This document shows, piece after piece, positions 29,019-37,029 of a DNA stretch of 40,190 nucleotides. Under the pieces are notes generated by a model that saw only the letters and a list, made by a program, of their open reading frames with translations, had not been told where the DNA came from and made no database searches. Position numbers and translations under genes: made by a program. Location of the stretch: positions 1 through 40,190 of the forward strand of contig JASFOT010000001.1 of assembly GCA_050116375.1 (NCBI GenBank), in the 5' to 3' direction. Positions within the stretch are counted from its first letter, which is position 1; the number at the start of each line of letters is the position of its first letter. Source of the stretch: Gammaproteobacteria bacterium. Its GTDB lineage: Bacteria; Pseudomonadota; Gammaproteobacteria; Steroidobacterales; XN24.

Positions 29019-29295
29019 GGCTGAGCGTCCTATAGAACCAAATTCGCGGACTGTTCCGACCGGTCCGGCAGTGACGCGGACCGACCTCGATCGCTGCGCC
29101 TCCGGAACTCCGCCCGCGGGACTCCCGGCGACCCCGGAAGGATAACACGTCGATACCTCTTCGCCCCCCTCGCCGACAACGATTTCGGCCAGTTCCGCGA
29201 TGGAGCCGCAGCGTTTCCCGAGTGGCTATTCGAACCCGATCCCGGTACCCTTTCTCCATCCCAGGCAAGGGCTCCGGCCCTCGAGGAATGAAGCC

Positions 29296-29934
29296 ATGAC
29301 CGTGCTCGATCTAGGCGCCATAGACGCAGCACCCCTTCAGACAGATCCCTTTGATTTTCTTGTAGTTCCCGGCTGCATTCGTCCCGATGACCTGACCGCG
29401 ATCAACGGGGACTATCCGAATATTGATCGACCGGGGAATCTCAATCCGGAGGACACCCGTTACGGCCCGCTTTTCCAGGGCTTTCTGCAGGAACTGGAGG
29501 GCGAGGAACTCGCTCGACACCTGGGGCGCAAGTTCGGCGTGGATCTTACCGGCTGCGGGACGACAGTGACCGTGCGAAAGTACTGTGAGCAGAGCGACGG
29601 CAACATTCACACCGATCACCCAAGCAAGATCATCACGGTGCTGGTGTATTTCAACGAGGGATGGGCCAATCCCGAGGGACAGCTCAGGATGCTGCGCTCG
29701 TCCTCCGACATCGAGGATTATGCGGCGGAGGTGCCGCCGCTCGGCGGGACGCTGCTTGCGTTCCGACGCACCGATCACTCCTACCACGGACACAAGTCAT
29801 TCGTGGGCGAGCGCCGTATGGTACAGATGAACTATCTGAAATCCGGGCGTCTGTCCCAATGGAAACAGCAGATCGATCGATTCGGCACCCGGACCATGAA
29901 AAAGGCCCTGCGCCTGCTGCAACCCGGCGCCTGA
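29296..29934 (+). CDS. 2-oxoglutarate/Fe(II)-dependent oxygenase family protein
   Basis: Track ORF 29200..29934 trimmed to ATG 29296 (MTVLDLG). It has an HxD facial-triad motif (NIHTDHP), a distal His (SYHGH) and a downstream Arg (ERRMVQMNY), in a 2OG-FeII_Oxy-like layout. Confidence 0.72.
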   Translation: MTVLDLGAIDAAPLQTDPFDFLVVPGCIRPDDLTAINGDYPNIDRPGNLNPEDTRYGPLFQGFLQELEGEELARHLGRKFGVDLTGCGTTVTVRKYCEQSDGNIHTDHPSKIITVLVYFNEGWANPEGQLRMLRSSSDIEDYAAEVPPLGGTLLAFRRTDHSYHGHKSFVGERRMVQMNYLKSGRLSQWKQQIDRFGTRTMKKALRLLQPGA

Positions 29935-29948
29935 CGGCGGCAGTCAGG
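29930..29948. terminator. Short hairpin enclosing both stop codons of the convergent oxygenase and ELM1a genes
   Basis: CCTGAC (29930-29935), a 7-nt loop, then GTCAGG (29943-29948). The 6-bp stem has no U-tract. Part of the symmetry is a trivial consequence of TGA/TCA. Confidence 0.2.
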
Positions 29949-31113
29949 TTATCTCTTTCACAAGCGCCCGGACTCTGGCCACCACCCGTGGCAGATCGTC
30001 CGGAATTTCACCCGTGGGCTGGCCCAGCGGTCTTCCGGCCTCCACAGCCAGACCTCGTTCAATCAGGAGATCGTGCACAGCCGTGAAGTCGCGGGTCCTC
30101 GGCAGGATCCGCAGACGAGCGCCAATCGCTCGCAGCAAATGCCGGATCCGGTCCCCCGCCCCGCCTTTGTCCGGCTGGTAAAGCCAGCGAGCGCCGACAC
30201 GACGGATCCGGTCAATTTTGTGCAGCCATCCATAAGGCAGGCGGAAAATCGCGAGAGGTTTCCTGAGCTTCACCACCTCCACCATCATGGAGATGCTGTC
30301 ACCGGTGACGACAAAGCCGTCCGCGAGCCCCAGGAGGGCCTGATACGGATTGCCCTCCGCACCCCTTTTCCATTCGAAAAAACGGGCGCCCTCCGGCAGC
30401 CCTTCCCGGAGAGCATTCACCACTCGCGGAGGCGTCCTCGGACTGGTCGTCACATAGGGCGTGCCCCCGTCCCGTTCGATCACCTCCCGCGCCGTCTCGA
30501 TCAGTCCTTCCCTGACCTGCCTGTCGAACATGAACGGATTCGTCGGCCCGCCGACCAGAATGCCGATCAGGGGCCGCGGAAGATCCGAAAGCCTCTCGCG
30601 CCACTCTTCGGTGGCGGAACGGATCCGTTCCTCGTCAACCTTCAGCAGGGGAAGAGAAATCCGCATAACGTTGGGCGTCGGAGCGATCTGCACTTCGGCG
30701 CTGGTAATGATCAGGGAGAACGGATCGCTGGATCCCGAGGGCTTGCCCACCAGCACGAGCTTCGTCCGGCCTCCCGACTGCTCGCGGATCCAGAGGGCTA
30801 CCATGGACAAACGCCGACCGACGGTGATGACGACATCAGGCCACGGCGGCGAAAGTGGATCCGAGTTCTCCAGATCCAGGTGATGAAGCGACGGGATGAC
30901 CTTGGGCTTGCCCTTGATCCAGGGAGCCTTGACTCGAACATATCGCCTTTCGCAGGGCATCCCCAGCGCCGCGACAAGATTTTCCACCTGAGCATTGTCG
31001 CCGAGACGATCGCCGACGATCATCCATATCCGTGGCGGGGATGAATTCGAACGCAATCCGTCCGGCGTGCCGACGGCCCCCGGACCGTCCGTCGCTGCCT
31101 CCCGGTGTGTCAT
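29944..31113 (-). CDS. ELM1/DUF1022 family protein, putative GT-B-type glycosyltransferase (paralog a)
   Basis: The track ORF starts at TTG 31125, and the first ATG is at 31113 (MTHREA). Motifs shared with the other two paralogs: IWMIVGDRLGDNAQV, PWPDVVITVGRR, GILVGGPT, TTSPRTP, NPYQALLGLADGFVVTGDSISMMVE. Confidence 0.72.
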   Translation of the reverse strand: MTHREAATDGPGAVGTPDGLRSNSSPPRIWMIVGDRLGDNAQVENLVAALGMPCERRYVRVKAPWIKGKPKVIPSLHHLDLENSDPLSPPWPDVVITVGRRLSMVALWIREQSGGRTKLVLVGKPSGSSDPFSLIITSAEVQIAPTPNVMRISLPLLKVDEERIRSATEEWRERLSDLPRPLIGILVGGPTNPFMFDRQVREGLIETAREVIERDGGTPYVTTSPRTPPRVVNALREGLPEGARFFEWKRGAEGNPYQALLGLADGFVVTGDSISMMVEVVKLRKPLAIFRLPYGWLHKIDRIRRVGARWLYQPDKGGAGDRIRHLLRAIGARLRILPRTRDFTAVHDLLIERGLAVEAGRPLGQPTGEIPDDLPRVVARVRALVKEIT

Positions 31114-31155
31114 CGACTGCTGCAACTGCCGGTCCGTTTTCCCCGTCGGAATCCG

Positions 31156-32130
31156 TCAGCCCGACGCGGTGGCGGGCTGGGAAGCCTCCTCGTCCGCCGG
31201 ACCGTATCCGAGACTCGGCGAGAGCCGTGCACGGACGATTTCCTCCAGTTCGGCGACCTGCTCCGGTGTAAAGTAATCCCGGTATCCGCCAACCTTGCCA
31301 CGACGCACCTTGAAAGTATTGGGGTCCTTGGGATCACGGAGCGTCAGGCCTCCCTGGCGGAAAAACCCCTTGGTCTCAAGCTGACGAAGATTGTCGAAAG
31401 AGCCGAAACGAACGGCTTCCTGGATCTCGTCGTCGCTGAAATCCCGTTCCATCAGTTCAACTACGCGCCTGAGATTCTCGGCCGGCCGGGCGCGCAGATC
31501 CTCGTAGCGCAGGACCATCCCGCGGTCGAGAGCCGCGACGTTCCGCTCCCAGGTATTCAGGTAATCCACCAGAAACGGCAGCCCGATATCGCTGTGCCGG
31601 ACAAAATCCCACATGCCAATGGTGCGTCGATCAATGGGATGATCGATGAAATGGTTGATCAGCTCCTGCTTGTGCCGCGACTGTCGTTTTGTGAACTGGA
31701 AAAACCATGAAACCGCGATGTCGCAGGGATGACGGGCGATGAAAAGAACGGGCTTGTGGCGAAGATCGGAGTCCGGCGCGCCCGGCGCCAGCGCTTCACC
31801 GATGATGCCCTCGTAGCTGTAATAACCGTTACTCGCGGCGAGCCGCGGAATCTCGGGATGTTTCAGCGCCAACTCGTCTGTGTTGATAAGCCGGGAGGCG
31901 GGCAGGCCGTACCGGACCTGAAACAGCCGGGAGATCATCACCTTGAGCCAGGTGTTCCCGCTCTTGGGATGACCGATAATGAGCAGCTGGGCCCGACGGG
32001 CCTTGGCCAGCTCCAGTCTCGCCAGATGACGGCGACGTATGGAGACGCGCTGACGTGCCGGAAGTGGGTAAGTCGGCAGCAAGATAGACCATTTCTTGAC
32101 GCCGTCGCTGATCCTGAGCATGTGAGTCAC
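31156..32130 (-). CDS. PAPS-dependent sulfotransferase family protein (paralog 3, most divergent)
   Basis: 324 aa with GTG 32130 or ATG 32121 as the start: GHPKSGNTWLKV, IARHPCDIAVSWFF, RYEDLRARP and FKVRRGKVGGYRDYF. Confidence 0.8.
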   Translation of the reverse strand: MTHMLRISDGVKKWSILLPTYPLPARQRVSIRRRHLARLELAKARRAQLLIIGHPKSGNTWLKVMISRLFQVRYGLPASRLINTDELALKHPEIPRLAASNGYYSYEGIIGEALAPGAPDSDLRHKPVLFIARHPCDIAVSWFFQFTKRQSRHKQELINHFIDHPIDRRTIGMWDFVRHSDIGLPFLVDYLNTWERNVAALDRGMVLRYEDLRARPAENLRRVVELMERDFSDDEIQEAVRFGSFDNLRQLETKGFFRQGGLTLRDPKDPNTFKVRRGKVGGYRDYFTPEQVAELEEIVRARLSPSLGYGPADEEASQPATASG

Positions 32131-32354
32131 CGATGTCAGGAGCCAGGCGGCGGAGGTGCCGGCGCCGGTCCTGGCCCAGTTGGAATGAAGTCAGCCGCCT
32201 ATTATGGGCCAGCCCTGGTCAGATCGCCACCTGCGACACCGGTTGCGGGTAACGGCGGCGCGGGTCCGGTCACCCCCCGGCGACCGACCTGCCGGATGTC
32301 ATACAATCCCGCCGGCGCCCCGCATGGATTGAACGCCTCGTCTCGACAGATTTC

Positions 32355-33452
32355 ATGAACCAGCCATCCCAACCGGATCTGCAAGCGGGAGCGACCGTCA
32401 TAGCGTCCCGGCCCCAGCCCCTGGTCTGGGTCATCTCCGGGTACAGGGCGGGTGAAACAACCCAGTTACTGGCGCTGGCGGAGGCACTGGGATGGCCCTT
32501 CGAGGTCAAAGAACTCCGCCATCGCCGCTGGGATTTCGTCCCGGGCCTTCTTCGTCTCAGCAGCCTGGCCGGAATCGAAAAAGCGGCACGGGAGGATCTC
32601 CGGGCTCCGTGGCCGGATCTGGTGATAAGCGCCGGCATGCGGAACGAACCGCTCGCGAGATGGATCAAGGACCGCGCGGGAGGAGAATGTCGCCTCGTCA
32701 ACGTGGGAAGGCCCTGGGCGGGCTTCGATCATTTCGATCTTGTGATTACGACGCCCCAGTATCGCCTGCCCGAACGGCCCAATATCCTCCAGAACATCGG
32801 CACCATGCATCTGTTCACCGACCACGCGCTGGCCGCCGCCGCACGGCGCTGGAAACCGGAATTCGAGCACCTTCCCGGGCCCTACATCGGAGTACTCATC
32901 GGCGGCCACAGCGGCCCGTATACGTTGGGCCCGGCCGCGGCCCGGCGACTGGCCGTCGCTGCCGGGCGATTGGCCCGGGAGATGGAGGGATCACTTCTGG
33001 CCACCACCAGTTCCAGAACATCCGCCGCCGCCACCGAGGCCTTTGCCGGGGCTCTCGACTGCCCGCACTACCTTTTCAGGTGGTCGCCGGACTCCATCCA
33101 GAACCCCTATCAGGGCATCCTGGCTACCGCCGATCTGCTGATTGTCACCAGCGACACGGTGTCGATGATTTCGGAAGCCGTGGGCACCGGCAAACCTGTT
33201 TTTGTCTTCGACCTGGACGGCGACGACGACTTTCGCCTGGGCGCGCTTTTCTACCGCCTCCTGATGCGCGTCGGGCATCCCCGCCTCACCCGGGATCTGG
33301 AATTATTTCATCGTCGGCTCACAGAGACGGGCCGGGCCGCCTGGCTGGGGGAGTCGCTGTCGAAAGTCAGGTCCGAGCCCCTGGACGATCTGGCGCGGGC
33401 GGTGACCCGGGTTAAGGCGCTCGTCACCAGCCGCGATTCCCGAAACGCTTGA
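32355..33452 (+). CDS. ELM1/DUF1022 family protein, putative GT-B-type glycosyltransferase (paralog b)
   Basis: 365 aa: VWVISGYRAGETTQL, PWPDLVISAGMR, GVLIGGHSG, TTSSRTS, NPYQGILATADLLIVTSDTVSMISEA. Confidence 0.72.
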   Translation: MNQPSQPDLQAGATVIASRPQPLVWVISGYRAGETTQLLALAEALGWPFEVKELRHRRWDFVPGLLRLSSLAGIEKAAREDLRAPWPDLVISAGMRNEPLARWIKDRAGGECRLVNVGRPWAGFDHFDLVITTPQYRLPERPNILQNIGTMHLFTDHALAAAARRWKPEFEHLPGPYIGVLIGGHSGPYTLGPAAARRLAVAAGRLAREMEGSLLATTSSRTSAAATEAFAGALDCPHYLFRWSPDSIQNPYQGILATADLLIVTSDTVSMISEAVGTGKPVFVFDLDGDDDFRLGALFYRLLMRVGHPRLTRDLELFHRRLTETGRAAWLGESLSKVRSEPLDDLARAVTRVKALVTSRDSRNA

Positions 33453-33673
33453 TATGAGACGCAGACACCCGGGCCCCGCCAGGCCCCGCGCCACGGGACC
33501 GGCGAATACATCCGGCGGCGGCGATTCCGGGCAATTCACCCCGGCCGGCATACGCGGTAACATACCGGTCGGGCGGACACGGGATTGTCCCATCCGCCGG
33601 GAAGCTGTTGGTCCGCACTATTTGCGCATCAAGACATCGGCTCCACAGCCCGAAGAACGACAAGGGAGTTTCG

Positions 33674-33928
33674 ATGGCCACCTATGAAGAGTGCCTGAAG
33701 ATAGTCCGGGATGTTCTGGGCGATCAGCTGGAACCGGGGAAAACAGCCGACGAAAAAGATGCTCTGGTAGCCGATTTGGGAATGGGATCCCTGCAGATGC
33801 TGGAGCTCGTAGTGGAAATCGAGGACCTTCTCGACATCAGCCTGCCGCTGAACCAGTTACCCGAGATCCAGACCGTGGAGGATTTTGCCCGGATGCTGGA
33901 ATCGGTTTCTGCCGGATCTTCCCAATGA
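33674..33928 (+). CDS. Acyl carrier protein (dedicated, SPT-associated)
   Basis: Track ORF 33608..33928 trimmed to ATG 33674, which follows AAGGGA. 84 aa. LVADLGMGSLQMLELVVEIEDLL aligns with E. coli ACP [23 protein letters not shown], with Ser at the phosphopantetheine position. The stop overlaps the spt start (ATGA at 33925-33928). Confidence 0.8.
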   Translation: MATYEECLKIVRDVLGDQLEPGKTADEKDALVADLGMGSLQMLELVVEIEDLLDISLPLNQLPEIQTVEDFARMLESVSAGSSQ

Positions 33929-35127
33929 GCCTTTTTGACAAGTTTGCGCCCCTGTCGAACCTTCGGAGCGATCTGCTCGAGCACGGCATCCTGCCGTTCG
34001 GAGTGGTAACCGAGAAGATTCTCTCTCCCACCGAGGGTATCGTGGATGGCCGCAGGACCATACTTGCCGGTACCAACAATTACCTGGGTCTGACCTTCGC
34101 CCCCGAGTGCGTGGAGGCCGCCCGCAAGGCATTGTCCGAAGAGGGCACCGGCACCACCGGCTCCCGCATGGCCAACGGCACTTACGGAGCCCACGCTGCT
34201 CTGGAGCGAGAACTCGCCGAGTTCTTCGATCGTGAACACGCGCTGGTTTTCACCACCGGATTTCTGGCCACGATGGGCATGGTGTCCACGCTGGCGGGGC
34301 GCGGTGATGTGCTGCTTATCGACGCCGATTCCCACGCCAGTATCTACGACGGCTGCCGGCTCAGCGGGGCCGAAGTCATCAGGTTCCGCCACAACGATCC
34401 CAAAGATCTCGATAAACGCCTCGGGCGGCTCGGAGACCGCAGCGGCAACACCTTAGTGGTAGCCGAGGGTCTGTACAGCATGCTGGGCGACCAGGCGCCC
34501 CTGCAGGAAATTGTCGATGTCAAGGACAAACACGGCGCGATCCTGCTGCTGGACGAGGCCCATTCCATGGGCGTTTTCGGTGATCGCGGGCGCGGCCTGG
34601 CTGAAGCCGCAGAGGTCGAAGACCGGGTCGACTTCGTCGTGGGGACGTTCAGCAAGAGCCTGGGCTCCGTTGGGGGCTTTTGCGTCAGCAACCATCCCGA
34701 ACTGGAGCTCGTCCGGATGGCGGCGCGGTCCTATATATTCACGGCGTCACCGACTCCGTCGGTGGTGGCGTCGACTCGTGCGGCCCTGAAGATGATCAGC
34801 GATCATCCTGAACTGAGAGACCGTCTCTGGGACAATTCGCGGCAACTGTATGACACCCTTGCCCGGGCAGGTTTCCAGCTGGGCCCGCAACCAGGTCCGG
34901 TCGTGGCTGTCTTTGTCGACGATCCGAAACGGGCAGTGTCATGGTGGCACCGACTCCTCGAACAGGGCGTTTACGTGAACCTGGTGATCCCGCCGGCGAC
35001 GCCCAGCACCAGTTGCCTGCTCCGTTGCAGTATCAGCGCGGCCCACACCCGGGAACAGGTGGACCGGATTTCAGAGGCCTTTGTCTCGCTGCTCCCGAAG
35101 CGCCAGGCGGCGGGCTCCGCAGTCTAG
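33925..35127 (+). CDS. spt: Serine palmitoyltransferase (alpha-oxoamine synthase family, PLP-dependent)
   Basis: Track ORF 33691..35127 trimmed to ATG 33925 (MSLFDKF). 400 aa. Long collinear matches to remembered Sphingomonas paucimobilis SPT: SPTEG.V.G..TIL.GT.NY.G.TF, DADSHASIYDGC....AE.IRFRHN...DLDKRLGRL, G.YSMLGD.APL.E.V.V..KHGA.L..DEAHSMG.FG..GRG, DFVVGTFSKS.G.VGGF.VSNHP, YIFTAS.PSVVA, LLRCSI.A.HT. These are much closer than to the Kbl encoded at 453..1643. Confidence 0.88.
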   Translation: MSLFDKFAPLSNLRSDLLEHGILPFGVVTEKILSPTEGIVDGRRTILAGTNNYLGLTFAPECVEAARKALSEEGTGTTGSRMANGTYGAHAALERELAEFFDREHALVFTTGFLATMGMVSTLAGRGDVLLIDADSHASIYDGCRLSGAEVIRFRHNDPKDLDKRLGRLGDRSGNTLVVAEGLYSMLGDQAPLQEIVDVKDKHGAILLLDEAHSMGVFGDRGRGLAEAAEVEDRVDFVVGTFSKSLGSVGGFCVSNHPELELVRMAARSYIFTASPTPSVVASTRAALKMISDHPELRDRLWDNSRQLYDTLARAGFQLGPQPGPVVAVFVDDPKRAVSWWHRLLEQGVYVNLVIPPATPSTSCLLRCSISAAHTREQVDRISEAFVSLLPKRQAAGSAV

Positions 35128-36857
35128 GTTTCTCCGGAAGCCCGATCACGTTTGGGCGCCGCGCCCGACTCGTGGGACTCCAGTCTCCCTTCCACCATCC
35201 GATAGACGGTATTCGAGAACTCAGCCAGCGCTGGCTGATGAGAAACCGCCACGATTGTGATCTCCCGCGCCAACGCCTTCAGTGTCCTGCAGATTTCTGC
35301 CTCGCTTTCGGCGTCAAGAGCGCTGGTAGCCTCATCCAGCACCAACAGCCTTGGCCCGTGGACGAGCGCCCGCGCCAGCATGATTCGTTGCCTCTGCCCG
35401 GCAGAGACCCTCGCACCACGTTCACCGACGCTGGTATACATCCCTTCGGGCATTGACTCGACGAACGACCACGCATCTGCCTTTTCCAGGGCCCTGCGGG
35501 CGTCGGCTTCGGAGAGGTCCGGATCTCCGAGGGTCACGTTGTTGAGAATCGTATCGTGCAGCAGGACAGTATCCTGGGGCGCATAGCCGATCTGTTTCCT
35601 CCACTCGTGGAGGTTGACGGAATCCAGCGGAATCCCGTCGATTCGCACTTCACCCGTATCCGGCGAGTGCAGACCGGCAATAAGATCGAGTATGGTGGTC
35701 TTCCCCGAACCGGATCGGCCGATGATTGTCGTCAGCCCTCGGGTCGGAATTCGCAGGTCGACGTTTTTGAGAACCGGCTCTCCCTCGTAACTGAAGGAGA
35801 CGTCGTCCAGCACGATTTCCCGATCCAGGCCAGGCGCCGGTGCGCCGCCATATTCCTCACGCTTGGCGTCGGCTTCCTCAACAGCCTGGAGCATCGACCA
35901 GTAGGCGCTCTCCGCCGCCACCATTTTCTGATAGTGCTTCTGTATCTTTCCCAGATGCGCCAGAACCCGGGTCAGCACCAGAACCAGTACCAGAACCTCG
36001 GCAATCGGCATGCCCCAGCGTTCGAGCAACAGGAAGATACCTGCCGCTATTACGACCGCGAACATGGGTTCCTGGGCCGAGGTCAGCATGGCCTTGCTGA
36101 ACACCTCCTTTTCCAGCGCCTTGTTGAGCCGACCGGTCTCGGTTCTCAGCACGTTATCCGCCAGGCCCTCCCGTCCCATGGCTTTGAGAGTCTTGACCGA
36201 GTGAAGCGTATCGGTCATACGCGACAACAGGGATCTCAGCAGGACCGTCTGTCGCTTTCCGGCCTTGCGGGTCATTTTCACAAGGAAATGCGACACGAAG
36301 AGAATCACGAAACCCGCGGCCAGCGAGGCAAGGGTCGCCCGCCAGGAAACCATCATGGCTACCGATCCGTAGATGACAGCCTGGATGCCGTAAGCCACGA
36401 TGCCGACGCCGAATTCGTAGGCGATCGAGGCCCGCCATGCCTCCGTCGCCATGCTGTTGGTGAGCCGACCCACCGGCTGATGAACAAAATAGCTCCAGCG
36501 GCTGGACATCACGGCCCTCAGCAGACGCAGCCGAAGATCCGTGGTCACCCGGGCCTTTGTGTACCCGACCTGCCGCTCCGCGACGAGCAGCAGAATACTT
36601 TTCAGAAAGATCCCGAGGACCGCCACCACCAGCAGGTTACCGATCGTCGGCGTGATTCCCGCATTGGTGAGAAATTCCGTCACCTGCCTGGCGAATTCGG
36701 ACTGCTGACCTCCATCTGCCCCGCTGTCCACGGCAAGGCTCAGTATGGGCAGCAGCACCGAGATGCTGGAGCCTTCCGCCAGCCCGGCCAGCAAAAGCGC
36801 CGCGACCATCAGGAGGCTCTGCCAGGGATAAGCCCGGGTGAAAGTGACGAGAATCAT
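35124..36857 (-). CDS. ABC transporter, fused permease/ATPase exporter (MsbA-like type I exporter)
   Basis: 577 aa with six N-terminal TM helices followed by an NBD. The NBD has Walker A GRSGSGKTT, Q-loop, signature VSAGQRQR, Walker B LLVLDEATSALD and H-loop VSHQ. Confidence 0.9.
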   Translation of the reverse strand: MILVTFTRAYPWQSLLMVAALLLAGLAEGSSISVLLPILSLAVDSGADGGQQSEFARQVTEFLTNAGITPTIGNLLVVAVLGIFLKSILLLVAERQVGYTKARVTTDLRLRLLRAVMSSRWSYFVHQPVGRLTNSMATEAWRASIAYEFGVGIVAYGIQAVIYGSVAMMVSWRATLASLAAGFVILFVSHFLVKMTRKAGKRQTVLLRSLLSRMTDTLHSVKTLKAMGREGLADNVLRTETGRLNKALEKEVFSKAMLTSAQEPMFAVVIAAGIFLLLERWGMPIAEVLVLVLVLTRVLAHLGKIQKHYQKMVAAESAYWSMLQAVEEADAKREEYGGAPAPGLDREIVLDDVSFSYEGEPVLKNVDLRIPTRGLTTIIGRSGSGKTTILDLIAGLHSPDTGEVRIDGIPLDSVNLHEWRKQIGYAPQDTVLLHDTILNNVTLGDPDLSEADARRALEKADAWSFVESMPEGMYTSVGERGARVSAGQRQRIMLARALVHGPRLLVLDEATSALDAESEAEICRTLKALAREITIVAVSHQPALAEFSNTVYRMVEGRLESHESGAAPKRDRASGET

Positions 36858-37029
36858 GGACGATGTGCCGGCAGCCTGTGGACCAATGCGCTCTGGCCGG
36901 GCCGCCGTTTGACTCCGTGGATGGCGATGCTCGCGCTGTGGACCCGAATTATAACCCCAGGTCCGTCATGCATCGTTCCGTGCTGTAGCATTGCCGGTCT
37001 ATGACCGGGCTCGATAAATTCCGTCCCTC

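Noticed and set aside
29079-32290. Shared 9-mer GACCGACCT (29079-29087 and 32282-32290), plus a shared CCCGGCGACC, in two divergent intergenic regions of the cluster, considered as a common operator.
   Set aside because: Short GC-rich matches of this length between two roughly 250-bp regions of GC-rich DNA are plausible by chance. The motif was not found in the other cluster intergenic regions (25739-26018, 33453-33673, 36858-37029).
33925-35127. Possibility that the second alpha-oxoamine synthase is BioF or a duplicate Kbl.
   Set aside because: The blocks shared with Sphingomonas SPT (DADSHASIYDGC, IRFRHN..DLDKRLGRL, DFVVGTFSKS.G.VGGF.VSNHP) are much longer than any shared with the Kbl in this window. 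It is coupled to a private ACP, and no bio genes are nearby. A different amino-acid substrate cannot be excluded from sequence alone.
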